From positions 148,268 to 212,267 of the forward strand of contig NW_005434575.1 of assembly GCF_000315625.1 (NCBI RefSeq): DNA of 64,000 nucleotides. The letters run 5' to 3'. How positions within the stretch are numbered: position 1 is the stretch's first letter; each line of letters begins with the position of its first letter. The translations under genes and the position numbers were made by a program. Of this stretch, positions 14,635 through 27,518 are shown piece after piece. Under the pieces are notes generated by a model. The model saw only the letters and a list, made by a program, of their open reading frames with translations. It searched no databases and had not been told where the DNA came from. Origin of the DNA: Guillardia theta CCMP2712. Its lineage: Eukaryota > Protista > Cryptophyta.

Positions 14635-17382
14635 CGATAAGACGCAGATAGTAATGGAGGGAGAGAAAGGGCAAGTGGAAGGCCAAAAACAAGGCAGGCA
14701 AGCAAGCATCAGCACAAGTCAAGAGAACGTTTCGTCCTGCACTCACAGCATAGCCGATTATTCCGTTCTTCACCATCGTCTCCACACGCGGCATCACGTC
14801 AACCCGGCAGGGGCGGAATGGCGGGAGAACCGAACACAGGCTGGTGCCGCCGGGCCCCGCCGGGGCTCAGGCTGCCCGTTTACTCAAAGTTAAGTGAAAA
14901 ATCAGTACGAGGAGCTGCCGCAGGCTGCATGACGTTCCGAGTTCAGCCTGCGGCGGCGGCCACTGGCGTTGGCACGGCAGTGCCGGCCCGGCGATCCCGG
15001 CGGTCGCGGCCCGGCGACCGGGACTCGGACCGCCGGGCGCCGGGCGCCCGGTCCGACGATCGGCATCAGTTCAGGTCGGACCGTACGGTTTTTACGGGTC
15101 TCTCGTACCGTCCGTAAGTCCGTACTGCGTCTGTTGGATGTTGCCAGCTATAGGCTGATGGCCGTGACAGGCTTTGCCTCCGGAAGTGACCGAGTCACTA
15201 GCCTCGCTCGGAGGACTCGAAAGCTGACAGTTGTGATCTTGAGATTTTTATGAAGATTCGGTCGAAAAATTTGAACTGCTCAACTGTTAATTTTAAATTC
15301 CAAGTTAACTCCCCAAATCATAAGGCCCATCAATCTTCGCATTGGTTGCCAGTCAAAGGTCAGCAGGGCCCGAGAGCCCATGTAAGGGATGGGTGACGGG
15401 GGCGAAAAAGCAATATCGAGTACGGGTCCTTTCCCATAGAATGGATGGGTAGTCCCCATTAGAATACGGGACCGTTTGGAAAACACGTTTTTTCGAGCTC
15501 AGCGCTTATCCGGATCCTGTCAGCTGCCTCCACGGATCGCTCACGGCTGCGCCATGGACATTCTTCGCACCGGTACATTTGGGGTTTATGGAAGGGGTAC
15601 AATTCGATGCGATCTTTTAACTCCTGAGACTCGCACGGGGCAAGCGTCACCGTACCCCTGAATTTGACAGCAATAACCGGGTGGTCTCATCTGCAACCCA
15701 AATCCGCTTGACTTCTTGGCGGGACAAGCAAAAAAACAAAATCTCCAGGCGTCGAATCGAAAAGAGCTAAGTTCAGGAATGACTCTGAAACTTCGCTTTT
15801 TCGTACAACTGCCAGCTGTCCAAATCTAACGTACGACTTTCTAGGGGTAGGGTACATGGATTTCTGTGTCACACCGGTACTTTAGCAGCACTCGAAACCC
15901 GGTGATGACGTGCTTCGGTAAAGGTGTGGATCTTTTGGGGTAGGGTACGTAAGTGAGAAGGAGGGGTGGGTGGTTTCGATGGGAGATTAAAACCCTGGTG
16001 GCACCAATCTCACGCATTACTCCATGTCCCCACACGCGAGCCACGGCGAAAGTCATGCAGCAGTCCGCAAGCCACAGCATGTCTCTGTGGACGGGCAGGT
16101 TCAAAGCACTCTGGATGCCGAGATCCGTACTGTTCGCCGCCTCCCATTGAGCTCAAGCGATTTGAGCCGATGTCGCCATGGTTGCCCGAGCCGTGAGAAG
16201 CAGTTGGAATGCTTGTATGCTGCGATTGGATTGATTGAAAGGAAAGCTGAAATTGTTAACTCTCTTGGGGACATCATAATTTTATCTTCGACATGTTACT
16301 GATGTTTGATTGGCATCTATCCTTATAGATCAAGAAGCAAATCTGTAAATATTATTTGATTTAATGTACATAGTACTTTACCTTGACATACAATAAAGAT
16401 TAATGTCATGATTATTCCATGTTTCTTTGTCCATTGATCCATTGGTATCGTACAAGATGAAGGAGAATGGGTTCATCCTAGGAGATTTGATGTAGCGAGA
16501 TTGAGAATGAGGCAAGCTCAACGTTACCGAAAAGATGTTCCATCGTAGTTCAAGGGAGCCCATACACATAAAATTCTCAAGCACATGGTTCAATACCAGA
16601 TCAATCAATCGAGATGATATCAAACGCGCTAGAAGCGGCGGGAGAGATCTGCATTGGCGTCCTGCTCCATCTGCACATGTATGCATCAGAGCCTGACAAA
16701 TCTGTATCATGTTATAAGATTCGTCCTTCCAACGTAATGCTGGATGGATATTCAAGCTGATGAAAACACGAAGCACACGAAGCCTTTTGATGGGTCCAAC
16801 AACTGGATGAAAGACATTTTTCCATAGTCACACTGTTACTGCAGCTGAAGGTAAAGTTCAGTGATAGAGATCTGGGTCGGGCCCATTTTCCGATGGGAAG
16901 AGTGAAATTGTTTCAACTTGCTTCACTTTGATCATTGAGTGTAAGCATATGGCCAAAACTAGTCCTGCTGCGTGACGGTGGAAATAAACAAGTGGTAAGA
17001 ATTGCAATGAGTGGCTCTGTTTCGAAGCCTCATTAAGCCTCATCACTCGGAAGCAAAGTTTTCCATGCATCTTGAAAATTTTGTATCAATCTTCTTGAGA
17101 TGTTGATGATCGGACGATTTTCAGTAACTATCCCATGAGGAAGTGTACCGTAACATCTGACTCGACCTTGTTGTTCGTTACCAACTCAACATTATTAGAA
17201 CAGTCTTGCTACGGTGACCACTGTTGAGACCCTCGCATCCGTAAAACTATATGAGTCCGCCCCAGAATCTTATTAGACCAGGAGACAAGGCAGCAACTTG
17301 TTCCCATCAAAGCGATCCCTCACCTTCTTGATGCATTCCTGTCGTTGTGTAGGGGCCGGGGCCCAACGTTTGCTCTACCGCC

Positions 17383-20300
17383 ATGGTAGCAGGCGGAATA
17401 GGAGCAGCGCGAGCATGCGATTGCCCATTGAGCAGTGAGTATTGCAAGGAGCAGCGAGGACGGAAGAGGCTGTGGTTTCAGATGCTGCAGCTGGGAGATG
17501 TCGATTCGATGGCTGCCTTTGTTGCAGAGCTCAAGTTCCAGCAGGAGGATGTGCAGGAGTTGCTCACTGTGCAGGGATCGCACGGTAGAAGCTCGTTGCA
17601 CGTTGCCGTGGAGAAGCAAGCTGCGGATGTGGTCAGATTCCTGTTAGATGTAGCGGAAGAGGAAGACATGCATGAAGAGCTCTTGACAGTGAAAGACGAC
17701 TCTGGGATGACACCGTTCATGGACGCTTGCAAGGTTGGGAAGCTCGACGTGATTGATCATATTGTAGACTTCGGTCTAAGGCACTCTGCAGCAGAATCTG
17801 TGAATTTGGAAGCTGCTCTGAAGATAGCGAAAGAGGAAGGGCGGACTGCTCTTGTAGACTACATCACGATGAAACTCTCACAGATCACTTCTTCGCAGGA
17901 AGAAGCCACGACTCCGATTCACGCTGGAGCAGGAGCAACGAACTCCGATCCCCCCCATAGGTCGAGACCTCAGGTAACTGCATTAGCTGACAGCGGAGAA
18001 ACTCATCTCGAGGACACGCTGCGAACTCTCAGCAACGTCTCCTTCTTCTCGCTGTTGGATGCGGTCGCCCTGAAGCAAATAGCCATGCACTCCAAAAGAT
18101 GCACACTGGCGAACAAAGAGTTCGAGTTCCTCTCGAGCTTTCTGCCTGAGTTGAGCATGTTTGTTGTCGTCAGCGGCACAGTCGAAGTCGAGATCGAAGA
18201 AGTTCAAGTCGATGACAAGTCAAAGTTGCATCCATGGTCGATCCAGTATCGGCTCAAGACATGTTCGTACAAGTATTCGCTGAAGACTGGTGACTCGTTT
18301 GGTGAAAGAATGCTACTCGTCGGTGACATTGCCACGTCAAGAGTGCGAGCGGCAGGGAAGGCAAGCCTGATCTACGTTGACTACGAGGCCATGAATAGCG
18401 TCTTGGTCCGACAGCCCAAGGTTCGCTCAGGGCTGGCGTCGTACCTGGCCAATCAGGTCTTCGAAGACCGAAACGACTTGTGGGAGAAAGATAGTATCGA
18501 CACGCTCACGGATGAAATTCTAGACCGCATCACCGCCATGTACAAACTAGACAACAATGACGAGAACGGTCCGGAACTTTCTGATCAGTCGAACGTCAGT
18601 GCAGTGCAGAGAAAGAGAAGAATAGATGTTCCGATGATCACCAACAAGCACGACGGCAGCCTGAATCTGACGCATCTGTCGTTGCTGTATTCTGAAGCGG
18701 CCGACGAGAAAGCAATCCGAGGAGACTCTACGGGGATTCTTGCCTATATGATAACCTGCAAGAGGCTGATGGTGAGAGCCAGGCCCAACGTGCTGCTGCA
18801 ACTGATGAGCTCGCACGTGATGCTCGCAAACTCCTTCATCTTCTGGAAGGAAGGTCGAGCCCTTGCCGCCTCCTTCAGGCTGAACCCTGCGGTCCAGGCT
18901 GTGGACCTCTCTGAAAACTTCTTGTTTGATGATGCCTTGGTCGGTGAAGAGGACAGTGAAGATGGAATTCTCAGCTCGCTATGTGGCAAAGAGCATCTTA
19001 AAACTCTCAACTTGTCTCACTGCAGGCTGGGCAAGGGGGCGAGTTGTGCTTCTTCCATCCGCTCAAAGTCCTTTCAGCTTCTTACCAGCCTCGTTCAGAC
19101 CTGCAAGAACTTGAAAACCTTAATACTGGAAGGCAACTACATAACGGACAGAGGAGCGATGACACTCTTCAGAGGACTGCAAGGAGGCTCTAACACTCTA
19201 GAGACTCTTGTGCTGTCCCAGAATGTGATTGGAAATAGAGGAGCCAAGATGATCTCGGATTTCCTCAAGGAGTCGAGCGCATTGCTGACGTTGGACCTGT
19301 CATGGAATCAGATCGTTGAAGAGGGATGTTCCAACATCTTCGATGGGATGACGACGAATCAAGTCCTCGAACAGCTCAACCTGTCTCAGAATAGGATAGG
19401 ACACGAGGGAGGAGTTAGTCTCAGCAATATGTTGAAAGTCAACAAGTCGCTGAAAAAGTTGAGCGTCAGCAGCTGTCACATCCCGGAAAGCTGCGGAGGA
19501 ATGCTCGCCGACTCAATCTTTGTCAATGCAAGTATCGTAGAGCTGGACTTGAGCTGGAACCTGTTGGGTAGCACTGAGAGTTCTATCGTCACAGCATTCG
19601 CAAGCTGTAAGGCTGATCGCTCGCTAACTATTCACAGCTCAGGATCTTCGCTTCTCAGCTCATGGCCTCCTGACCATCAGAATCCTTCGGGACACTACAA
19701 GTTTGACTTGTCTCAACCCTACCAGGTCAAGTTCTTCGATGTCTTGAAAGATCTCGGGAAGAAGAATCGCTTTCAGAACTGGAGGAACGAGACGATGGAC
19801 GGCAAGCGGGTCTATGCTAGCAGCGACATAGAGGCTGCCAAGAAGGGAGTTGTGGAGCTGGACTTTGTGCAGCATCCAGCATCGCTCGATCGGTATCGTG
19901 TGATAGACGAGAGCTCACTGAAGATCTTGCTTGCAAAGCTCAACCGAAACATGTATCATGTGAACAAACTCATCGCCCTCAAAGATGCTTGTCGAGAATT
20001 CCTCTTCGGTCCAGAAGAGGCGAGTGCAGTGCTTCTAGCATTCGACTCAGCAGAGCAGCGGGAAGACGCGTTCGTCTGCTTGTACTGCAGGCTGCTCAAC
20101 ATTGACGGATGCGTTGCTAGTGTCGTCAGCAGATGTTTCAGAAGGTCGGAGATTGTCGGCCTGCAGGTGAGGCTGGGGCCTTCAGCCGTGTTCGATGAGA
20201 GCCGTGTCAACGGCTCCTACTGGTTCGACTTGGGGAAGCGAGACGACAGGGAGTGCTTTCAGAAGCTGATGAGTGTTTACAGCAGTGCGAAAGACGTGCT

Positions 20301-21558
20301 TCCTTGCTTGACTGAGTTGATGGTTTCCGACCTTGATGGAAATGAAGAGGATAAGGATGGAAATGAATATCAGGAATCGTTCCTCAATGTGTTCCAGGAC
20401 GAGACAAAGACTTCGGCTGAAGCTGTGAAGGAATTGTTTGCAACGTTCGACCAGTTTCAAGTTGAGCTTGTCTTCTTGTCGAGCCTGTTCGAACAGGAGC
20501 AACATGAGCAGTCCTCTCCTTCCTCTATCAGCGAGACATCTTCTATCAGTGAAAGCAGGAACAGACTCCCTTCGCTCAAACGAAATTCTGTCTTCAGATC
20601 CCCCAAGTTCTCTCTCGACAGGCTGCAGCGCGAGGACAGGACCACCTCGCTCCCCTCTGTCCAGGAGAGCAAGAGGCTGCTCCCTGCTCCGAGGAGACGG
20701 CAGACGCTGGCCAACATCGAGCAAGAGCAGAAGTTCGTGGAGGAGACGAAAGCACGACGAGAGGAGGCGCTGGAGAAGGCGTCGAAGATGATCGAAGAGG
20801 CTTGTGTGGGAGCTCCGGCATACTCGGTGACGGGCAGCCGGTTGGAGCGGGGGAAGAAGAAGTGGAAGCCTTGGGTGAAATGGAAGCGAACGCACGAGGA
20901 GGACTTCGTCATACATCGTGTGTCGCTGACGGACAAGAAGCAGGGGAACGGGCTGCATGAGATCCTCCACGGGGCTGTGGGGGAGAGCTCCTGCCTCAAC
21001 TACTTCATCGACCTCGCCCTGCAGATCAAACTTCACACCATCCCCCGCTACTTCTCCGTCATTCTCTCACCTGCCCTCCACCTGACCCTCTACGTCAACG
21101 TGACTGGCTATCCCTGCGAGGACCATCACATCTGGAAGGGACACCAGCTGGGGTCGGACCAGGTTGTCATAATCGAGCCCAACGACCCCAACTACTCGTG
21201 CGGCACCTTCTACGTCTCGGTCGTGTCTGAGGCCCACCCAGCTGAGTTCGAGCTCAGCGTCCAGCTCTACCCCTACTCGCAGATGCTGCAGGTGCTGCAG
21301 GTGTACGACGACAGGAGCAAGGTGACGCTGCGGGAGCACACGGACTCGAGGAGCAGAAAGGTGAAGGAGCTCAAGAAGGAGTTCGGAGCGAGCGGGAAGG
21401 TCCTGCGGCAGGTGTCGTTCCTCTCGAACCTCCGCACACACCGAGGGGCAGCCGGGGCGCGGCTGCAGCCGAAGCCTGTCCTCCACATCCGTTCTGAGAC
21501 GTCCCCGAGCTCTCGGCAGGCACCGACACCAAAGCTCGTGGTAGAGGATGAGAAGTGA
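17383..21558 (+). CDS. Ankyrin + cyclic-nucleotide-binding + RI-type LRR protein (1391 aa, intronless)
   Basis: ANK (GRSSLHVAV, GMTPFMDAC), cNMP domain (FFSLL...LKTGDSFGERMLL), LRRs (LxxLxLSxNxIGxxG). Confidence 0.88.
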   Translation: MVAGGIGAARACDCPLSSEYCKEQRGRKRLWFQMLQLGDVDSMAAFVAELKFQQEDVQELLTVQGSHGRSSLHVAVEKQAADVVRFLLDVAEEEDMHEELLTVKDDSGMTPFMDACKVGKLDVIDHIVDFGLRHSAAESVNLEAALKIAKEEGRTALVDYITMKLSQITSSQEEATTPIHAGAGATNSDPPHRSRPQVTALADSGETHLEDTLRTLSNVSFFSLLDAVALKQIAMHSKRCTLANKEFEFLSSFLPELSMFVVVSGTVEVEIEEVQVDDKSKLHPWSIQYRLKTCSYKYSLKTGDSFGERMLLVGDIATSRVRAAGKASLIYVDYEAMNSVLVRQPKVRSGLASYLANQVFEDRNDLWEKDSIDTLTDEILDRITAMYKLDNNDENGPELSDQSNVSAVQRKRRIDVPMITNKHDGSLNLTHLSLLYSEAADEKAIRGDSTGILAYMITCKRLMVRARPNVLLQLMSSHVMLANSFIFWKEGRALAASFRLNPAVQAVDLSENFLFDDALVGEEDSEDGILSSLCGKEHLKTLNLSHCRLGKGASCASSIRSKSFQLLTSLVQTCKNLKTLILEGNYITDRGAMTLFRGLQGGSNTLETLVLSQNVIGNRGAKMISDFLKESSALLTLDLSWNQIVEEGCSNIFDGMTTNQVLEQLNLSQNRIGHEGGVSLSNMLKVNKSLKKLSVSSCHIPESCGGMLADSIFVNASIVELDLSWNLLGSTESSIVTAFASCKADRSLTIHSSGSSLLSSWPPDHQNPSGHYKFDLSQPYQVKFFDVLKDLGKKNRFQNWRNETMDGKRVYASSDIEAAKKGVVELDFVQHPASLDRYRVIDESSLKILLAKLNRNMYHVNKLIALKDACREFLFGPEEASAVLLAFDSAEQREDAFVCLYCRLLNIDGCVASVVSRCFRRSEIVGLQVRLGPSAVFDESRVNGSYWFDLGKRDDRECFQKLMSVYSSAKDVLPCLTELMVSDLDGNEEDKDGNEYQESFLNVFQDETKTSAEAVKELFATFDQFQVELVFLSSLFEQEQHEQSSPSSISETSSISESRNRLPSLKRNSVFRSPKFSLDRLQREDRTTSLPSVQESKRLLPAPRRRQTLANIEQEQKFVEETKARREEALEKASKMIEEACVGAPAYSVTGSRLERGKKKWKPWVKWKRTHEEDFVIHRVSLTDKKQGNGLHEILHGAVGESSCLNYFIDLALQIKLHTIPRYFSVILSPALHLTLYVNVTGYPCEDHHIWKGHQLGSDQVVIIEPNDPNYSCGTFYVSVVSEAHPAEFELSVQLYPYSQMLQVLQVYDDRSKVTLREHTDSRSRKVKELKKEFGASGKVLRQVSFLSNLRTHRGAAGARLQPKPVLHIRSETSPSSRQAPTPKLVVEDEK

Positions 21559-21617
21559 GTCGTCAAGTGCTGACGACAAGCAAGTCAAGTTAGAGCGCCA
21601 CAATCAGCTGAAGTTGT

Positions 21618-22748
21618 TCATGCGAATTTCTTGACAAGCGAGAACGTCGGAGGTTCAGAACTCCTGGGAAGGAGTCCGAGGGCGTGCAAGGACAGTTGGA
21701 CGGCGCTGCCGACAAGCTTCTCCTGACCTCGAAGAGCATTCTCAGCTTCCATGGAGCTTTCAACCTGCAGGGAGGATGAGCGGGTTGTTGCAGCAACAAG
21801 ACATGCTGACTTTGAGCAGCCATGGTTGAGGACCGTTGGCTTCGTCTGATGTCAGTGCGAACGTGAAGGCGAACAACTCGAAGCAGTTTGGCATCGCCAG
21901 GAACTGAGTCTTCTTGTTTCTGTGGTAACGCGTGAGGTCAAGGAAGCAAGTAAGGTTCTTCCTGGCTGCTCTTACCTCAAGGCGTCGAAGACTTTCTCAA
22001 CAGAGATGGAAAGTTTCCCTTGTAAGGTCTCAACCCACGGGCCCAGCCATCGATAGGTGATATCCCCTCCAGAATCTTTCAGAGACTTGAGCGAGAACAT
22101 GGCTTCTTCTTCCCTCTCATCTTCCTCTCCTCCTGCGAGGTAGACCATGGCGTCTTGCTACAAGGACGTACTTGAGCTTTTGTCAAGAAACACTCTCAGA
22201 TACCTGGATGTAAACTTGTAGATTTCCCACTGCAAGCACTGCTACTTTGATTGAAAGTCTGTTTTTTAACGCCTGATTCGAAACTCTTAGACTCCTGAGA
22301 CAACCTTCCCAAGGTTCACCGCAAACTGCGGGAGAGGTTCAAGGTATTGCTGTAAAACGATCGATTTGCTTCCTCCATTCTGGCAAGGTTGTCAGAGGAG
22401 GCGACATATCGATAAGCTCGACGTCTCGGAGGAATGCAATCAATGCTTCGGAACTCCTGCAGATGGAAGAAATCTTACAGCCATCTGCGCGGATCGTCAG
22501 GTGATTTCATCTACCTTTCTTGTCTCACCAGTCTCGTGCATGCACTGCACACGCCAAGAAATGTCTCGGCTTGCAAGAAGGTCCAGAACATGTTGCTGCA
22601 GCACATCATCAACTCAACAAGAGACGTTTCACTCCCACCTCCCAGTCGTTTCTTGAAATATCCACCTTGAGCCGGAGAGTCACAGGCATCACATCCTGTG
22701 AACAGATTAAGGTCGAGGAGGCGGAGCAGGAGGACGAGGAGCAAGAGC

Positions 22749-22788
<40 letters not shown>

Positions 22789-23856
22789 TGAGCAGGAGCG
22801 GGAGCGGGAGCAGGAGCAGGAGCAGGAGCAGGACACAAGCCTTCGTGACCTGATGTCCGGCTGCATCCAGGAGGAGGAAGAGGTTTACGCGTCCCAGCAA
22901 GCCCTGCCGCAAGTGTGACTTCCTCTGCTCGCACGTCGCTGCCTCACCCGGCGCATGTGATAGTGACTGGAAATCATCAGCCCCTGGTCACGCGCGTCAA
23001 CTTGTCAGTTGCAGTATTTGAGGGAGGGAGTTGAAGGGGAGGGAGATATGGAGAGCTCTCAGAAGAGCAGAGTCGGGGAGAGATGCGGGAGGAAGGGACG
23101 TATGGAAGAGGCAGGAAGAAGAAGGCGAGGGAGAGAGAGTTGAGGCAGAGGAAGTGGAGGACCAGGAAGACAAGGAGGACACGAAGGAACGTGAGGTTGT
23201 TTTGGTGGGAAGAGAAAGAAGGCAATGCATGAGGAGACGGTGAGACAGAGGAGGAGGAGGAGGAGGAGGAGGAGGAGGAGGAGGAGGAGAAGCAGGAGGA
23301 GGAAGATCTCAAGAAACCTTGAGCACTTTGTCCCATGCGATATCTCTGTAGAACGTGATTTGAATGGAAGATCTTTCATGATCAAACTGAAGGATCGTAA
23401 GATGAGAACAAACACTCCCTCTCTCACCTCCTCTAAGATGCAAATCTCCTCGTGCCTTTTCAGCACCCTGCTCAGAAATCGTCAGGAAATTTCGATCACA
23501 ACGAATCTCTCTGCCACACCCCGTTACTTCGGCTGAAAACCAAGTGTTCTTCTGTACAAAACAATAGGGTCTGCTACCCGACAATGTCGTAGTCGTTGAC
23601 GTCTTGCATTCCCTGTTGACAAGTGCTGAAGTTCTCAGAAGACTCCGAAGCACCTGATACTCGATCGTCAACTTCCGCAATGACAATGACAAGTTCATCT
23701 TTGACAATGTTGCTCAATACAACATGATAGACAAAATCAAGAGATGGCAAGCAGGGCAACAACATCTTCTCCTCATCACCTTTAACCCTGCGAACCCTTC
23801 GTACTTGGGTGGCCGCGCATGCACGCAAGGAAATGATTCTCTTTCTCCTGCCCCGG

Positions 23857-23888
<32 letters not shown>

Positions 23889-25883
23889 ATTCTAGTTCCA
23901 GCTCCAGCCCCTGTCCCAGCTCCTGCTCCACTGACGCCATGCTTTTCATGGTTGTAGAATGGAAATCCAGCCACGTAGACCTGCAGCAAGAAGGTAAGGG
24001 GGAGCAACTATCAACCCTTGACGCACCGATGTCACATGCGGATTCTCTCTCCACCAATCGCTCCAGCTCTTGTCGGTACCAGGACAGTTCTCAGCTCCCC
24101 CGCACTTCCCTGCCCCTTCGGCCCATCCATCCCCCAGCACGAAGTCCAGCACATCCTCGATTATCTCTGCCAACTTGGGCTCGAGCTTCTCACCTACCTT
24201 TCAGTTAATTCCCAGCTCAGAGGGGTCTGGAGCAGCCGCAAACCTTCGTACAGGGCGAAGGACGGGTCCGAGTTGATCTCCAGCAGCCAGACCCCCCCAG
24301 CTTCATCGATCATCATGTCACAACCGAAGATCTCGAAGCAATGCCTGACACGTCAGAGTCAGGGAGCTGAGAAACTTCTGCCATTGAGTACGGCATGGGG
24401 AAAAAGCCAGCCGGGCAAAGCTTGGAGGCAGCAAACACCTCGGATATGATATCACATATACTAACATCGTCGGTTAGAAAAGTGTTTGCAAATCATGCAT
24501 GCAAACTTTTTGAAAAAGTGTCGGAACAGATCATCCGCTGTAGCAAAATCTGCAGCCCTGCCATCTTCTACTAACTCCTGAACTTACGAGGTTAGGAGCT
24601 GAGAGTGATTTTCAACCAAAAGAAACCTGGCAAAACTCTTGCAACAAGAGAGATTTTCCTGCAGCACACAAACATCAAATGCAATCATGAAGAGTTCTGA
24701 AAATGCCTTTCGAGAAGTCATCGTGTGTACTTTGAACACAATGATTGGTCAAGAATGCATATTTGTCAACCACTCCATCCCTGTCAACCACAATCGTACG
24801 AGGGAACTCAAACAATAGAGTGCTTGGCTAAACTTTACCTCTTGGTATACTGAGAGTGGGCTGGAATGACAACGATATTTCTATGCACTCTCACCTGCAA
24901 ACATACTATTAATTTTCGACACACATTTGTTCTCCTTCTTTCTTCCCGCCTTCCGCCCGCCCTCACTATCTCTCCTCTCTATCTCGCCTAACTCCCCCCT
25001 CCCATCTCACTCTCCTCCTCCTCCTCCTCCTCCTCCTCCTCCTCCTCCTCCTCCTCCTTTACTTCGAGATCGCCTTTGGCTACAGCGAGCACTCGTAGAT
25101 GAAACTTGCGATTCTGGTAACTTTTCCTTTCCCCGTCAGCAGTGCGATGGAAGGAGGGTGAAGGGATACAGCATTGGAGGGTCGATGCATCGCTGCTAGA
25201 AATGAGATTGTCTTGAAGCAGCAGCACTCAGAAAACCTGAAGCAGCCAGACGTTTGACTGACTTGTTTGCAAAATCTCCATCATCTTTGTCTTGGCGATC
25301 TCCTCCAAGGAGAAAAGATGCACATCTTGACCTTTGAGAACAACGAAACCTCAGTCTCCCTCAAGAACAAGAAAACGGAGTCCGTGCCCAGTCTCTCACC
25401 TCGGTTGGAGTCGCTTGCCTTCAATACCCATAGGTCTCCATCCTTCTTCAATTCCTCCTTCAGCTGCTCCAAGTATTCCGTCACATCCTCCTCGTCTTCT
25501 CTCAGCTCCACGAGATCCACGACGTGAGTGGTGGGGATCGCAGACATAAGTCGGGATCCAGGGAACTTTCTCGCATGCTTCTCGATCATCCTGTGCATGT
25601 CAGCCTTACGGTTGATGCACGTCTTGAGGTAGTAGAGGTTCGATCCGATCTTCCCCTCCAGTACATGATGCCATGGCACGTCCCGCCCGCTGCACCAAGT
25701 CAAGTCGACGGCCGGGTCAGCGCTGTCAAGAACAGAACTGTCCTGTGAGAGCACAGAGCTTCAGGAGGAGGGAGGAGAGCGTCTCCTACTCACCTCTGTG
25801 ACCTCCCATCCTCTCTTCTCAAACTGATCTCTTAGCAACTTCCTCGCCTTCCACCATGTCGGCAGCAAAATTACCCTCGGCAT
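21618..25883 (-). CDS. Tubulin-tyrosine ligase (TTL, ATP-grasp) family protein with two tandem TTL-like domains, many exons
   Basis: Domain 1: WVLKASDSNRG, QRCIDPP, RKFHLRVL, CFEIFGCDMMID..WLLEINSDPS. Domain 2: VLQQYLEPL, KVAVLAVGNLQVY, NCFELFAFTF..PWLLKVE. ATG at 25883, TGA at 21618-21620. Confidence 0.75.
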
Positions 25884-26215
25884 TCTCCCCGACCGCCTGG
25901 CCAAGGCGCTACCCCTACCCCCCGAAATTATCTAACACCCGTGATAAGTCAGTGTATTGCACCGGTGACTTAGTACCCTCTACCCCTGTAGAATCCCTGG
26001 TCTGTGCCTGGTGCCGAAAAATGCTTTCCTGTCGCAAGTAGCTCCAACCGAGTCTGGCAAGAAGAGAGACGATGAGAAGAAGTTGAGCCGATATGAACAG
26101 TATGATGCCGTCGACACACGATGGTGACCAAACATTTCATTGAAAGATTTAGATATACACGTGCTTTACAAAAGAATAAATGAGTGAACAAGCCTTTCCC
26201 AACAGCCCAGTTTCT

Positions 26216-27518
26216 CTAACCGGCCTTGCAAATTTTCTGCAAATTGAGAGAATGTGGCATGGAGAAACAAAGCTTCATAGCGGAATGATCGGAGAGATCA
26301 TCCTCCAAAATCTGTGCAATCCGAGGTCAGATCTCTTTTCCACACCCAACATCAGTCACCTTGTACTCGTCGACTTGCAAGTCCGTGAAGACATGATCAA
26401 GATTGACATTGTACTCCACGTCACGCCATCCAGGGGGGGTCAGGAAGGAGTGGGTCGAATAAGTGCCACGGAATTCAGGCGCACAGACGCTCTCTCGCCC
26501 GATGAGCTTCACGGCATCGTTATATTCGTCGGATCCGCCTTCGATGTTGAAATCTCCTCCGAGAATGTAGTGCTCGCCATCCTTCACCTACATTAGGATC
26601 AGCACATAAGCAAGGTGCTCCCGCATGCTTCGTACCACTGAGTCCAGAAAGTTCTTCACTTCGACGATCTGCCCATGGCGGATTCTGGTAGCCCCCTCTA
26701 TGCCGTCGTCTGTGGCTGCAAGAAATCGAACAACTTCGCTTCCCATGTCGTGTTGATCTCCTTTTTCAGTAGATTTCTCAAGCATGGAAGTAGTAGGAGC
26801 CGAAGTACATTGCATGTGCCTGAATCTTTCCTGTTAGCGACAAAAAGAAATACTGTTGGTTGTACTCACGTCGAAAGGAGATGAAGCTTCGAGTTGGAAT
26901 TCACCGAAACTTCTGCACTGAGAACACCATTGGGTACAAGACTCTGCCAACCAGAGCAGTTCTGGAAGACGATGGATTTTGCATCCTTGATCGGGAACCT
27001 ACGAACCAACGTCAGCTCATCTGCCTTCGCCAACATGAATGATGTACCGACTCAAGATGACGTTACCAGTATCCATCAACATCCCAACCTGTTCATAGAG
27101 GATCAGCACAGGAGGAGAAGTCGTCTGCGAGAACTACCGGTGTGAAACAGACGTAGAACCCTTTCTTCCTTGCTTCTTCGTAGAAGTATGTATGGTGCGA
27201 AGACCACCAGCATCCCCACAGCTCGTTGATCAGCAGCACGTCATATGAATGCAGCATGTCCAGAAGCATGTTGATTCGTTCGCGCTTCTTATCCTTTCCA
27301 TCAAATAGCCAGCCCCCGGAGAATGATAGGCCGCCTGGCAGCAAGCAGAAGTTCAAGACCATGGCTCGAATCCTTTGGTTGCTGATTCTGCTTTCCGAAG
27401 CAACCTTCTCGTCTTCAGGAGCAAGAACAACGGGCTTTTGGCTTCTTTTCGTTCTGAGGTAAAGATACGTCGCAAACACCGCAAGCGGAGATGTGAGAAA
27501 GATCCATGACGACATCAT
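26216..27518 (-). CDS. EEP-superfamily phosphodiesterase, sphingomyelinase-like, N-terminal TM anchor, multi-exon
   Basis: VLN.., YDVLLINELW, ILGGDFNI, NLDHVF and LSDH motifs. Confidence 0.8.

Noticed and set aside
14818-15253. Arg/Pro/Gly-rich ORFs in CCGG islands (also 44040-44646, 54824-55269)
   Set aside because: Open frames are a by-product of extreme GC content
16200-17100. Possible minus-strand gene (ORF 16378-16776)
   Set aside because: No recognisable motif or confident exon chain
22148-22918. Plus-strand gene from ORFs 22366, 22434 and 22520
   Set aside because: The region is explained by minus-strand TTL-domain exons and introns
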